Below, piece after piece: positions 20,234 through 28,896 of a DNA stretch of 64,000 bases. The notes below the pieces were generated by a model. That model had not been told where the DNA came from and searched no databases. It saw only the letters and a list, made by a program, of their open reading frames with translations. A program made the position numbers and the translations under genes. This stretch comes from Bdellovibrio sp. (GTDB lineage: Bacteria > Bdellovibrionota > Bdellovibrionia > Bdellovibrionales > Bdellovibrionaceae). How positions within the stretch are numbered: position 1 is the stretch's first letter; every line of letters begins with the position of its first letter. The stretch lies in the NCBI GenBank assembly GCA_036676395.1, contig JAKFCY010000002.1, forward strand, positions 1,600,001 through 1,664,000, written 5' to 3'.

Positions 20234-20644
20234 ATGCACAATGCCCCAACTTTTAAACGACGCCTATTTTTGCAAAACATTTTCGGTTTTTCGATCCTTC
20301 TATCAGCTACGAGTCTGTCTGTTTTTACTGGCTGCTCAGGCAGCGGCAGTAGTTCTGATGACCCAAATTCAGCCTTAGACGATGGCGGAAGCTGTATCGT
20401 TAGCGGCACGCAAATCGAAATTCAAATGGTGCATACACCTAACCACACGTTACTCATTTCAAAAGATGACGTTAATGCTGGAGTTCAAAAAACATTTATT
20501 TTAGAAGACAACGGCTCTGGACACATTCACGCCGTAACACTTTCTTCAGCCGACTTTGCCACCTTACGAACTAATAGCGCCATTCAACTTATAAGCACAA
20601 CCGATGATGCCCATGCGCATGTTGTTGCCGTTGGCTGCGCCTAA
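20234..20644 (+). CDS. Tat-exported His-rich lipoprotein
   Basis: KRRLFL Tat motif, FTGC lipobox, and HTPNH, HIH and HAH motifs. Confidence 0.75.
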   Translation: MHNAPTFKRRLFLQNIFGFSILLSATSLSVFTGCSGSGSSSDDPNSALDDGGSCIVSGTQIEIQMVHTPNHTLLISKDDVNAGVQKTFILEDNGSGHIHAVTLSSADFATLRTNSAIQLISTTDDAHAHVVAVGCA

Positions 20645-20650
20645 ATCTTG

Positions 20651-20666
20651 TGGCCGCCCACTTGCA
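20651..20666 (+). promoter_or_regulatory. Putative sigma54 promoter
   Basis: TGGCCGCCCACTTGCA, 33 nt upstream of the ATG at 20700. Confidence 0.65.
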
Positions 20667-20699
20667 TTTTTATTCACCGCTTAAGTCAAAGGAGGCTTT

Positions 20700-21278
20700 A
20701 TGGAACAAAACAAACCAAGTAACGCTACTACCGAAATAGATACCGCTGCAGAGCGTGCACGCGCCGCCGCAACAAACATCGCCACGACTGCGCCGGTCAC
20801 AGTGACCAACACCCCGAGTGTCGTTGTCGAAGGTGAAATTCGTCAGCTTTTAGAAGAATTTGCAGATTCAGTTCGCAGCGGAAAAATAGAAGATATTATG
20901 TCGTTTTATGATCCAAGTTTAGTCGCCTTCGATGTCGCCCCACCCCTACGCTTTACCAGTGCTACTGAATATAAAAAGAATTGGGAAACCATGTTCACAT
21001 CGGCCATGGAATTTCCAGTCACTTACGAATGGAGTGAAGAAAGAATTTTTGCTAGTGGTGAGATTGGTATTTTTCATTGTCTGATTCACACGGCAGGAAC
21101 ATTTAAAAATCCGCCAGAAGGCCAAGATAAAAATATGGACTGCTGGGGTCGCTACACGTGCGCCTTGAAAAAAACGAATAATCGCTGGCGCATTGTGCAC
21201 GAACACTTTTCAGTGCCCGTGGGTGAAGATGGCAAAGGTTTAATGAATTTGAAACCTGGCTTTCAGGCTTCTCATTAG
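20700..21278 (+). CDS. SnoaL/NTF2-like (YybH) protein
   Basis: AFDVAPPL and WRIVHEHFSVP. Strong AGGAGG RBS. Confidence 0.88.
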   Translation: MEQNKPSNATTEIDTAAERARAAATNIATTAPVTVTNTPSVVVEGEIRQLLEEFADSVRSGKIEDIMSFYDPSLVAFDVAPPLRFTSATEYKKNWETMFTSAMEFPVTYEWSEERIFASGEIGIFHCLIHTAGTFKNPPEGQDKNMDCWGRYTCALKKTNNRWRIVHEHFSVPVGEDGKGLMNLKPGFQASH

Positions 21279-22711
21279 ATCGGTGAATTATTAGAGCATT
21301 GCATTTTACGAAACTGATCCATTTTTGAATAAATGAGGTCAGCCCATAATTCATTAATTCTAGAATTTAAGGCATCGCCTTTTAAACCCGTTTGTTTTTC
21401 AACAAGCTTTTTAAAAGGCATGTCGACATCGTGAAAATTTGAAACTTGCAAGATCGTCATTAAATCCTGACGAGAAACTAAATCTAAACGAGCTACGAAA
21501 TCACGGCGAGCTTGCTCTGTAACAGTTTTTAATCCAGGTAAGTCTTTATTAGGACCTTTTCCCGGCTGCGCTGTCAGGGTACAGTTATTATCAGCAAACA
21601 TATTTAAAGCTCTGTAAGCATTGTAGTCACCACGCGGATGATTTTTATTTTTAACAAACTTCAAATCGCGATTTCCAAATGCAGAACCTAAATCGTGGGT
21701 TCCGGCAATCGGTGAATTACAAAGTTTTTTAAGACCATCAGCAGATTTCACAACATTCGCCTCTTCACATAATAATACGTGCTGCGAACCACGTTCTTCC
21801 ACCGTATGAACCAGATTGATAAATAACGCTAACACCTGAATTTCGTGCTGCTGCAGAACTGATAATTTTTTGAAATTCGTAATGTATTCATCCCAGCGCC
21901 AAGGTGTGTTTACAAAACTTTTTCCAAGTTTTGGATTTGAAGTAAAAGCCTTCATGATACGTTTACCTTCAAACTTTCTCTCGATACTTGCACCCGGAAA
22001 AATATTTGTTTTAGCCACCGGAACTAGCTGCGGTTCTAAACCGTTCTTCCAAGGGTCGGTATCACAGCCAAAGCACACCACTTCATTCACCGGGTAATAA
22101 TTTTCAGACGGAAAGCCCATCATCCAAGCTAAGCGAGTAGCTACGCTACTGGTGTAAGCTTCGCGGTGACGCCATTCATTTAATTCTGATTGGTTTTTCA
22201 TGCCCTCTTCAGACACTTTAAAACGAACTTTTAAAACATCACCGATCATTGGTTTTACTTCGCCTTTTTTAGTCGTATAGGTGATCACGCTGCCATCCTT
22301 ACGAATCATAACATCTTCTTCAAGTTTTCCAGAAATCAATACATCTTTAATCATCGCAGCTTCTGGTGAAAGCTGGCCTTTATCAGACATCATTACATTT
22401 TTATCATCAGTTCTGACACAGCGAAATTTATTGCTTGAGCCATTTTGGTAGCGATAAAAATAGCGGCAAAACAAACGGCTTTGCGCCGTGATTTGAGGCT
22501 CACTGCTCTTAGCACCGGCAATGATTTCATCTGGTGTTTTTTTAGCTGGAGCAGGTAATAAAAAACGAGACTCACGCAAACAATTAATACGGTTAGCGTC
22601 TTTATTGCTGATAGGCTTTTCTAGATCGGCAAAAATTTCGCAGGCGGCAAAGCTAGTTTGAGCAAAGGCCGACGTCATTAATACCATAGCCAAAATACGA
22701 GATAATTTCAT
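21275..22711 (-). CDS. Secreted protein with degenerate atypical kinase-like motifs
   Basis: GGAG RBS before ATG 22711 and a signal peptide. Motifs GSSNKF, LKVRF, EAYTSSVATRLAWMMGF, LVHTVEERGSQ and HDLGSAFG. Confidence 0.6.
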   Translation of the reverse strand: MKLSRILAMVLMTSAFAQTSFAACEIFADLEKPISNKDANRINCLRESRFLLPAPAKKTPDEIIAGAKSSEPQITAQSRLFCRYFYRYQNGSSNKFRCVRTDDKNVMMSDKGQLSPEAAMIKDVLISGKLEEDVMIRKDGSVITYTTKKGEVKPMIGDVLKVRFKVSEEGMKNQSELNEWRHREAYTSSVATRLAWMMGFPSENYYPVNEVVCFGCDTDPWKNGLEPQLVPVAKTNIFPGASIERKFEGKRIMKAFTSNPKLGKSFVNTPWRWDEYITNFKKLSVLQQHEIQVLALFINLVHTVEERGSQHVLLCEEANVVKSADGLKKLCNSPIAGTHDLGSAFGNRDLKFVKNKNHPRGDYNAYRALNMFADNNCTLTAQPGKGPNKDLPGLKTVTEQARRDFVARLDLVSRQDLMTILQVSNFHDVDMPFKKLVEKQTGLKGDALNSRINELWADLIYSKMDQFRKMQCSNNSPI

Positions 22712-22736
22712 AAGATTCTCCAACATGAATTAACCC

Positions 22737-22752
22737 AGCAACCAAGGTGCCA
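22737..22752 (-). promoter_or_regulatory. sigma54 promoter
   Basis: Minus strand TGGCACCTTGGTTGCT, an exact match to TGGCAC-N5-TTGCW. Confidence 0.8.
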
Positions 22753-22875
22753 CTTCAGCTGGTGTTTATTTGCCTTAGAGACCGCAAAAAATGCAAATAG
22801 GCTCCAGATATTGACAGCTTGTCGAATTTCTAAACAGCGAAAGTCGTCTCAAAATGACTATAACGAAAGCCTTCT

Positions 22876-22891
22876 TGGCACCTAGCTTGAA
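22876..22891 (+). promoter_or_regulatory. Putative sigma54 promoter
   Basis: TGGCACCTAGCTTGAA, with one mismatch at -12. Confidence 0.65.
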
Positions 22892-22935
22892 GTTGTAACT
22901 CTCGGTTAAAAAGCCCTTTTTTTTGGAGATACAAA

Positions 22936-24414
22936 ATGACCCTACGTCAAACTTCGCTATTTTTTGTGGTTTTACCATCGTTTTTGGCAACACCTGTCTT
23001 TGCCTTGATGGATTTAAAAACTCCGCGCGGAAGCCAAACGATCAGCTATACGAAAAACGAAGTTTGCGTGATTCCCAGAAAATTTCCGAATATCGATGCT
23101 AAAAAGCAGAATCAATCAAATTATTCGAATAAGGATTTAGAGAGCGAATTAGAATTATGCCGCATGGATTTTTACGCTCAATCCCCGTTTACCAAAAACA
23201 CCGCTACGAGTTACGCGACAGGTTTATGCCCGAAATTACATAACACCAACCCAGGTCTTGAAATTTACGAAATTCAACAAGGTGATAATAAACAAGCTTT
23301 AGAAAATAGAATTTGCGATATGCCCTCAGACATGCGCGACGGCACTAAGCTTGCAAAATATAAATTAAGCACCAGCTGCAGTTACACGCCGTCAATTTTA
23401 GCTTATTATCATGTGTCTCGCATCATGGGAGACCTGTTGAAAGTTCCGCCCGTGGTGTTACGTACCATGGATGTTGAAACTTATAAAGCTGTGCCGGTAA
23501 AAGGTAAAAAAACTTTATCTAAAGGCGGCGTTATCGCTGCTACGTGGAAAAACGTGATCAACCAGTTAAATAACCCAACAACAGATAAACGTGGCCCTTA
23601 TTTATTTACTCATGATTACCAACAAACTTTCGGCGGCCTAATGAAAAATGCCAAAGGTGAAGCCGACTGGTCAGAAATTTCTAATCATGCCGGTGGCGAT
23701 CAAATGGCGCGCGGCAAAGCCTTTATGCAGGAACAAGTGTATTTAGATTTAATTAATCCAAATTTAACGTCTGAATTTATTGGCCAAAACTGGGATCAAA
23801 ACAATGCGCAACGCATGCGTTTAATGGGTGATGCCGCAGATATGTTAGTTTTAGATTTTATTTTACGCCAAGAAGATCGTTTTAATAATATCGCTTACAA
23901 ACTTGAAGTGTCAGGGCTTGTGAAAAATGCGCAAGGCCTGCTTGATATTAAATCTATCGATGTAAAAAAAGCTGATTCAGCTGAAGAGTTAGCCAAAGCC
24001 AATTTAGAGTTTAAAAATAAATATAATACAGACAGTTTCGCCATTCGCCGAATTATGCTTAAAGATAATGACTGTGGCGTGGCCGTCGAAGGCCCTGTAG
24101 CTCGCACAGGTATTGCTGAAAAATTAAAAATGTTAGAAAACATTCGTCATTTGAAAAAATCAACTTACAACCAGCTCTTACGTTTTAATTTATATTTATC
24201 AAGCGCAAGTTCTGCCAGTTACGCCAAAGATTTTTTCATTAAAGAAACGATGATGACAGATAAAGATTATAGTCAGTTTGTTTTAAACACGAAACGTTTA
24301 GCTGAGGGCTTAAAATCATTATGTAACGCAGGCCAATTACATTTAGATCTGCAATTAGAAACCCATTTCGGCGCAAGTTATAAAGCTGGCGCTCAAAACT
24401 GCTCCGTCGATTAA
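22936..24414 (+). CDS. Secreted Fam20C/Four-jointed-like atypical kinase-fold protein
   Basis: Signal peptide. Motifs AKYK, ILAYYHVSRIMG..KVPPVVLR, MLVLDFILRQEDRFNN and LKDNDCG. Confidence 0.7.
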   Translation: MTLRQTSLFFVVLPSFLATPVFALMDLKTPRGSQTISYTKNEVCVIPRKFPNIDAKKQNQSNYSNKDLESELELCRMDFYAQSPFTKNTATSYATGLCPKLHNTNPGLEIYEIQQGDNKQALENRICDMPSDMRDGTKLAKYKLSTSCSYTPSILAYYHVSRIMGDLLKVPPVVLRTMDVETYKAVPVKGKKTLSKGGVIAATWKNVINQLNNPTTDKRGPYLFTHDYQQTFGGLMKNAKGEADWSEISNHAGGDQMARGKAFMQEQVYLDLINPNLTSEFIGQNWDQNNAQRMRLMGDAADMLVLDFILRQEDRFNNIAYKLEVSGLVKNAQGLLDIKSIDVKKADSAEELAKANLEFKNKYNTDSFAIRRIMLKDNDCGVAVEGPVARTGIAEKLKMLENIRHLKKSTYNQLLRFNLYLSSASSASYAKDFFIKETMMTDKDYSQFVLNTKRLAEGLKSLCNAGQLHLDLQLETHFGASYKAGAQNCSVD

Positions 24415-25181
24415 GCTGATTTTTTATTTTTTAATTCGTCGATATTAAGTCTGCGGCCCGAGCCTTCACCCGGATATTTTTTATGATTGGCTCCGGGATA
24501 AGCATAGCCGTTGATCAGCACCCTGCGCGGCGTAGCCGAAACATTCTTCGTGCTGGCATGAATAACATAAGGGTGAAATAAAACAATATCACCTGGTTGC
24601 ATTAATAATTCTTCAGCCCGCGAAATATCGACCACAGAATTAATATCTGCAATATTATTTAAACCCATATGATTTAATTTATTGCTGCCAGCAATGAACT
24701 TTACCGGGCCTTTATCAGCTGTCACTTCGTCAATGGCAATGAGAGTTTGCACATAACTTCCAAGTCCATTCACATCCGTCCAATCGCTGGTTCCATAACC
24801 GCGATGCTGGCTATCTTGGTGCCATTCAAATTCGATATCATCACCTGGCATTTTAAAATGTATTTGATTGATCAATTGATCCATCTCGATTGTGCCTAAA
24901 AGCTGGCTCACGGGTTCTAAAATACGAAGATCAGCACCAAAATCTAAAAGATCTTTTTCATGCGCCCCTGCCCACACCACTCGGTGCAACGCCTGGTTTT
25001 CGAAAACAAATTGCGAACCGTTAAAGACTTGAGATGTTGAATTTAATTTTTTACTAGATTGCAGCAGTCCTTCGGTCGCCGAAATCATTTGCGCTAAATC
25101 CTGCCTGCTAAATACTTTGGGTATTACAATAAAGCCACGTTCATAGAATTCTGCTATCTGTAGTTTCGAAAGTGTTACCAT
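24411..25181 (-). CDS. Phytanoyl-CoA dioxygenase (PhyH) family 2OG-Fe(II) oxygenase
   Basis: WHQD, IAID, IHAS..N.S..PRR. Confidence 0.9.
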   Translation of the reverse strand: MVTLSKLQIAEFYERGFIVIPKVFSRQDLAQMISATEGLLQSSKKLNSTSQVFNGSQFVFENQALHRVVWAGAHEKDLLDFGADLRILEPVSQLLGTIEMDQLINQIHFKMPGDDIEFEWHQDSQHRGYGTSDWTDVNGLGSYVQTLIAIDEVTADKGPVKFIAGSNKLNHMGLNNIADINSVVDISRAEELLMQPGDIVLFHPYVIHASTKNVSATPRRVLINGYAYPGANHKKYPGEGSGRRLNIDELKNKKSA

Positions 25182-25267
25182 GACATTATTTTCGCAAGTC
25201 TACAGATTTACAGAAAGTCTTGATTCATAAAACCTAGACAAAAGACTTTTAACTTAACCAGCAAAAC

Positions 25268-25293
25268 GTTGGCCCACATCCATGTTAGCCAAC
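25268..25293 (-). terminator. Possible terminator hairpin
   Basis: GTTGGC..ACAT..ATGT..GCCAAC imperfect stem downstream of the CBS gene, followed by Ts on the minus strand. Confidence 0.4.
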
Positions 25294-25315
25294 ATCCTTT
25301 CTCTTAATGTTCAAT

Positions 25316-25765
25316 TCACTGCATATTGCGGCCGGATCGTGATGCAGGAGCACTTTGCGATATTCGGCTCACCGCAGCTTCAAACTGCTCTGGTGAAAAT
25401 TCAGAAAGAGAAATATCTCCTAATGATAAAACTCCAACTAATCTTTTATCCCGGTTCAATACCGGAAGACGACGAACTTGATTGTCACCTAAATTGCGTG
25501 TGACTTCTTCAAGCGTTTGATCTTCAAAACAGTACAACACTTTTTTAGACATCACCTCATGTACTTTTGTTGTGTCTGGCGACAGACCCGAAGCCACACC
25601 GCGAATGGCGATGTCACGGTCAGTGACTGTACCGATTAATTTATCGTTTTCTTGAATTGGTAAAAATCCAAAATCCCCGTCGCGCATCAGACAAGCCACT
25701 TCTTTGAGTGACATGTCGGGGCGCCCAAGCTCTACATAATTTGACATGCATTCTTTGACTAACAT
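25316..25765 (-). CDS. CBS domain protein
   Basis: GTVTDRDI, VRRLPV and GVLSLGD. Confidence 0.93.
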   Translation of the reverse strand: MLVKECMSNYVELGRPDMSLKEVACLMRDGDFGFLPIQENDKLIGTVTDRDIAIRGVASGLSPDTTKVHEVMSKKVLYCFEDQTLEEVTRNLGDNQVRRLPVLNRDKRLVGVLSLGDISLSEFSPEQFEAAVSRISQSAPASRSGRNMQ

Positions 25766-25782
25766 AAAAATTCTCCTTTACT

Positions 25783-26265
25783 TTATGGTGTTGTTACTTC
25801 TAACTGCTCTTGCTCTGGTGATAAATCCACACCAACATGGTCTTTAGCAACAAGAGTATACCCGTGATAAGCGGCAACCACCGTTAAGCCAAAACCTAAT
25901 CCTGTAATCATGGTATTGATTATATTCGGAAGAACGCTTGCATTGAAGGTACCCCAAATTAGATACAGATTTATCGAAAATAAAATTAATGATGTTACAT
26001 TTAAGGCTGCATGAATATAGCCCCGCTTTTTTGCTGGCGAGCTTTTTGGCACGCCTGCATACAAATCAATGGCCCCTGGCAGTGCGGCAACAACTGCAGC
26101 GCACACACCGGCAAGATTTGTCATAAATGCCACACGATACCAAAAAAGATTTTCTGTTCCTTGAAATAAACAAAAACAAACAAAAGCGCCAGTATAAAAC
26201 ACGATGGGAAAACTGACCAACATTGGGTGAACGGCCCGCCCCAAAATTTTGACTTTGCTATACAT
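25783..26265 (-). CDS. DUF2231 membrane protein
   Basis: HPMLVSFPI, four TM helices, HAALN. Confidence 0.85.
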   Translation of the reverse strand: MYSKVKILGRAVHPMLVSFPIVFYTGAFVCFCLFQGTENLFWYRVAFMTNLAGVCAAVVAALPGAIDLYAGVPKSSPAKKRGYIHAALNVTSLILFSINLYLIWGTFNASVLPNIINTMITGLGFGLTVVAAYHGYTLVAKDHVGVDLSPEQEQLEVTTP

Positions 26266-26305
26266 AATAATTTCCTTTCGTTTAAGGTTTAATACAGTCT
26301 TAATG

Positions 26306-26321
26306 AGCAAGTTAAAGGCCC
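26306..26321 (-). promoter_or_regulatory. Putative sigma54 promoter
   Basis: Minus strand GGGCCTTTAACTTGCT (GG-N10-GC). Confidence 0.45.
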
Positions 26322-26379
26322 GCGTTAAAAAACATATGCTGCCTTATCCCAATTTGAGACACGAAACTTTAGAATACTT

Positions 26380-26407
26380 TAAAGATCGCAGGCCTTAGGT
26401 CCGATAC
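26380..26407 (+). promoter_or_regulatory. Putative sigma28 (FliA) promoter
   Basis: TAAAG-N15-TCCGATAC, 9 nt upstream of the ATG at 26417. Confidence 0.55.
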
Positions 26408-26416
26408 CTAGACTAT

Positions 26417-27328
26417 ATGCCAGATCAATACCTGCACCGCATTTTACCTCATATTAAAGATACTTTTTCTGATGCAGAAATTTCTATTCAGGCAAATCAT
26501 GCTGTCGTTGAAAAATTAAATCACAATTTTACTTTAATTTTAGAAGACAACAAAATTCACAACGATGATTCGTTTGGTTTTGTTAAACTGAAAGTACCGA
26601 TTGATAGCCAAGGTTTAAACTACGAACAGCTGAATCTATTTGTCGCGCAAATGAATCATTGTCATCGCGGTTGCCACTGGGCCATAGACACCGTCACAGA
26701 CACGATCTCATCAGATGATGTGCAACTTTATCTCTACGCTACGATGATCACAGAACTTGGCCGAAGAATTGATGATAAAGATCAGATCGTGATGGAAATT
26801 TTAAATCTGCAAAAAATGAAATATTACACCGATCAATATTTAACCGAGATGAAATCAAATCCATTGTGGTTAACTAGTTTTTCGTTAACTTACGGTAAAA
26901 ATATTATTCCGTGCTTAGCGCCTGAGAATTTTCTAAATCCAGAAGACAACTCGATTTACAAGCGGACGATAAAGCACATGGAAAAGCTGAATTATCGCAT
27001 CGAACAGATCAATGGCTCATGTTTTAAAGTGACTAACGAAAAGCTGACGGTTTCGGTTCTGACTTTTCTTGGGCCAGAACTTATGAGTATTTATTCAGTC
27101 GTCACAGAAGAAAATAAAACCTTTCTTAACTTAAAAAAACTGCTGAATGAACGTAATCAAGACTTAATCATGGGACATTATGAAATATCGCCTATTGCGC
27201 AAATTGTAGGATACACTAACTACCTGCGTTTAGCTGATGGCATGCGTGATATTAAGCTACGTTTGTTCTTAGACTCGCCAGACATTGCAAAAATGATTTA
27301 TTTTGACAATCAATCTGTGGCCGCCTAA
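26417..27328 (+). CDS. Hypothetical protein, possibly tandem YbjN/type III chaperone-like domains
   Basis: Long ORF. Both halves show a helix-Asn-x(4)-Gly-aromatic pattern (QMNHCHRGCHW; ERNQDLIMGHY). Confidence 0.55.
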   Translation: MPDQYLHRILPHIKDTFSDAEISIQANHAVVEKLNHNFTLILEDNKIHNDDSFGFVKLKVPIDSQGLNYEQLNLFVAQMNHCHRGCHWAIDTVTDTISSDDVQLYLYATMITELGRRIDDKDQIVMEILNLQKMKYYTDQYLTEMKSNPLWLTSFSLTYGKNIIPCLAPENFLNPEDNSIYKRTIKHMEKLNYRIEQINGSCFKVTNEKLTVSVLTFLGPELMSIYSVVTEENKTFLNLKKLLNERNQDLIMGHYEISPIAQIVGYTNYLRLADGMRDIKLRLFLDSPDIAKMIYFDNQSVAA

Positions 27329-27340
27329 AAAAACTATCCC

Positions 27341-27994
27341 ATGAATAAAAAATCAAAATATTTTAAGCATTATAAAAACAAGCCCTATCGTTATGTGGGC
27401 GTAGCCAAACACTCTGAAGAATTAAAAGACTATGTGATCTATGAATGCTTATACCCAAACGATTTAGCGACCTTATGGATTCGTCCGAAAGATATGTTTT
27501 TTGAAGTGAGTGAGTTTCAGGGAAAGACGACTCCCCGTTTTGCACAAGTTCCCTTTGAAATCAAAAAATTCTCTGGCCTTGTTTCTGAAATTCAAGCACC
27601 GCTATTACAGCTTTGCCAAGACGCTTTCACAGATTTTGAAGAAGAAAAATTTAAACTGCGCTTTAAGAATCAAAAGAACATGATGATATTTTGTTTTTAC
27701 TACGAGCAAGAACTTGTGGGTTTTAAAGCAGGTTATGAATTAGATGAAACAAAATATTACAGCTGGATCGGCGCGGTTGCAAAAAATCATCGCCAACTAG
27801 GCGTGGCCCACGCGTTAATGCAAGAGCAACATGCCTGGGCCAAAACAAACAATTATACATTAATACAAACCAAATCCGATAATCGCCATAAAGAAATGAT
27901 GCAGCTAAATCTAAAAGCCGGTTTTAATATCGTTGGAACAGAATTTACAACTCTGAGCCCTGTATTAAAAATACTTTTTGAAAAAAAGTTATAG
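27341..27994 (+). CDS. DUF1653-GNAT acetyltransferase fusion
   Basis: N-terminal FKHYKNKPY..AKHSE..WIRPKDMF..RF. C-terminal V...HRQLGVA and NLKAGF. Confidence 0.85.
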   Translation: MNKKSKYFKHYKNKPYRYVGVAKHSEELKDYVIYECLYPNDLATLWIRPKDMFFEVSEFQGKTTPRFAQVPFEIKKFSGLVSEIQAPLLQLCQDAFTDFEEEKFKLRFKNQKNMMIFCFYYEQELVGFKAGYELDETKYYSWIGAVAKNHRQLGVAHALMQEQHAWAKTNNYTLIQTKSDNRHKEMMQLNLKAGFNIVGTEFTTLSPVLKILFEKKL

Positions 27995-27996
27995 CC

Positions 27997-28797
27997 TTAT
28001 TTCAAGACAACAAATTGCGCTAAAACTTCACCAGAAACAGACAGAAATTTAATAAGTCCATTTTCAAAAGTCGCTTTAAAAAATGGAACCGAAGAACCGC
28101 TGTGCTTGTAACGGTCCACAACAAAATATTCTGAATCAGTGTATTTTTTGATGTCATCCACTGAAGTTTGAATCACTTTTCGAAAACTGTAAAAAGTCAT
28201 TTGTTCATTGCAAAAATTAAAAGTCAGCATGTTTTTATCGTTGTTTTCAAAATCACAACAATTAACCCACATAGAATCGACTTGGCTCAAAAAACGATCG
28301 TCATTGTTACACTCTACCAGCAACAACGGCACCCGGTGTTGACGAACCCGAAGGCCAATACTAAGCACGCCCTGTGAAGTTTTAAAATTTAAATGCAGCT
28401 TACTTCGACAAAGGTTCTGATCAAGAACTTCAATGGCCACTTGATCAGAAAAATAAGCTTTAAATAACTCTCCTAAACCTGAATTTCCACCAGAAAGATG
28501 TAACCCTGCATTCAACATTTGTTCATTTCTAATTTCCGTCTCGGCAATTAAAATATCTGCCGACAACGAAAGACCCGAATACATAAAATTATCTATCAAG
28601 CTCAACGAAATTCCGAAACAGTGTGTTTTGGGGCTATAAACATGCCCGCCGATTGCCGCATCCAAAATGGCGACGACATCAGCCTTAGTTTTTATTGCCG
28701 ATAACTTTTCGCTCCAATTTAAAATTTGCGAATCATTAACAGGTTCTGAATTTTTATTGAGTAGATTCGAAAGTCTTTCGAATAATTTCTTCGTCAT
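27997..28797 (-). CDS. Hypothetical protein
   Basis: Long ORF filling the gap. No recognised motif. Confidence 0.55.
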   Translation of the reverse strand: MTKKLFERLSNLLNKNSEPVNDSQILNWSEKLSAIKTKADVVAILDAAIGGHVYSPKTHCFGISLSLIDNFMYSGLSLSADILIAETEIRNEQMLNAGLHLSGGNSGLGELFKAYFSDQVAIEVLDQNLCRSKLHLNFKTSQGVLSIGLRVRQHRVPLLLVECNNDDRFLSQVDSMWVNCCDFENNDKNMLTFNFCNEQMTFYSFRKVIQTSVDDIKKYTDSEYFVVDRYKHSGSSVPFFKATFENGLIKFLSVSGEVLAQFVVLK

Positions 28798-28896
28798 GGC
28801 TATAAATTTTATCACTCTGAATACAAAGTGATACTTTACCTGGCCTAGATGATTCTATGAAATGCAAATATTCGCTCTCAAAACTTGGAGCAAATA

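Noticed and set aside
22775..22993. 72-aa ORF in the kinase-pair spacer
   Set aside because: It is antisense to the start of the 22936 gene and spans promoter elements, so it is probably spurious.
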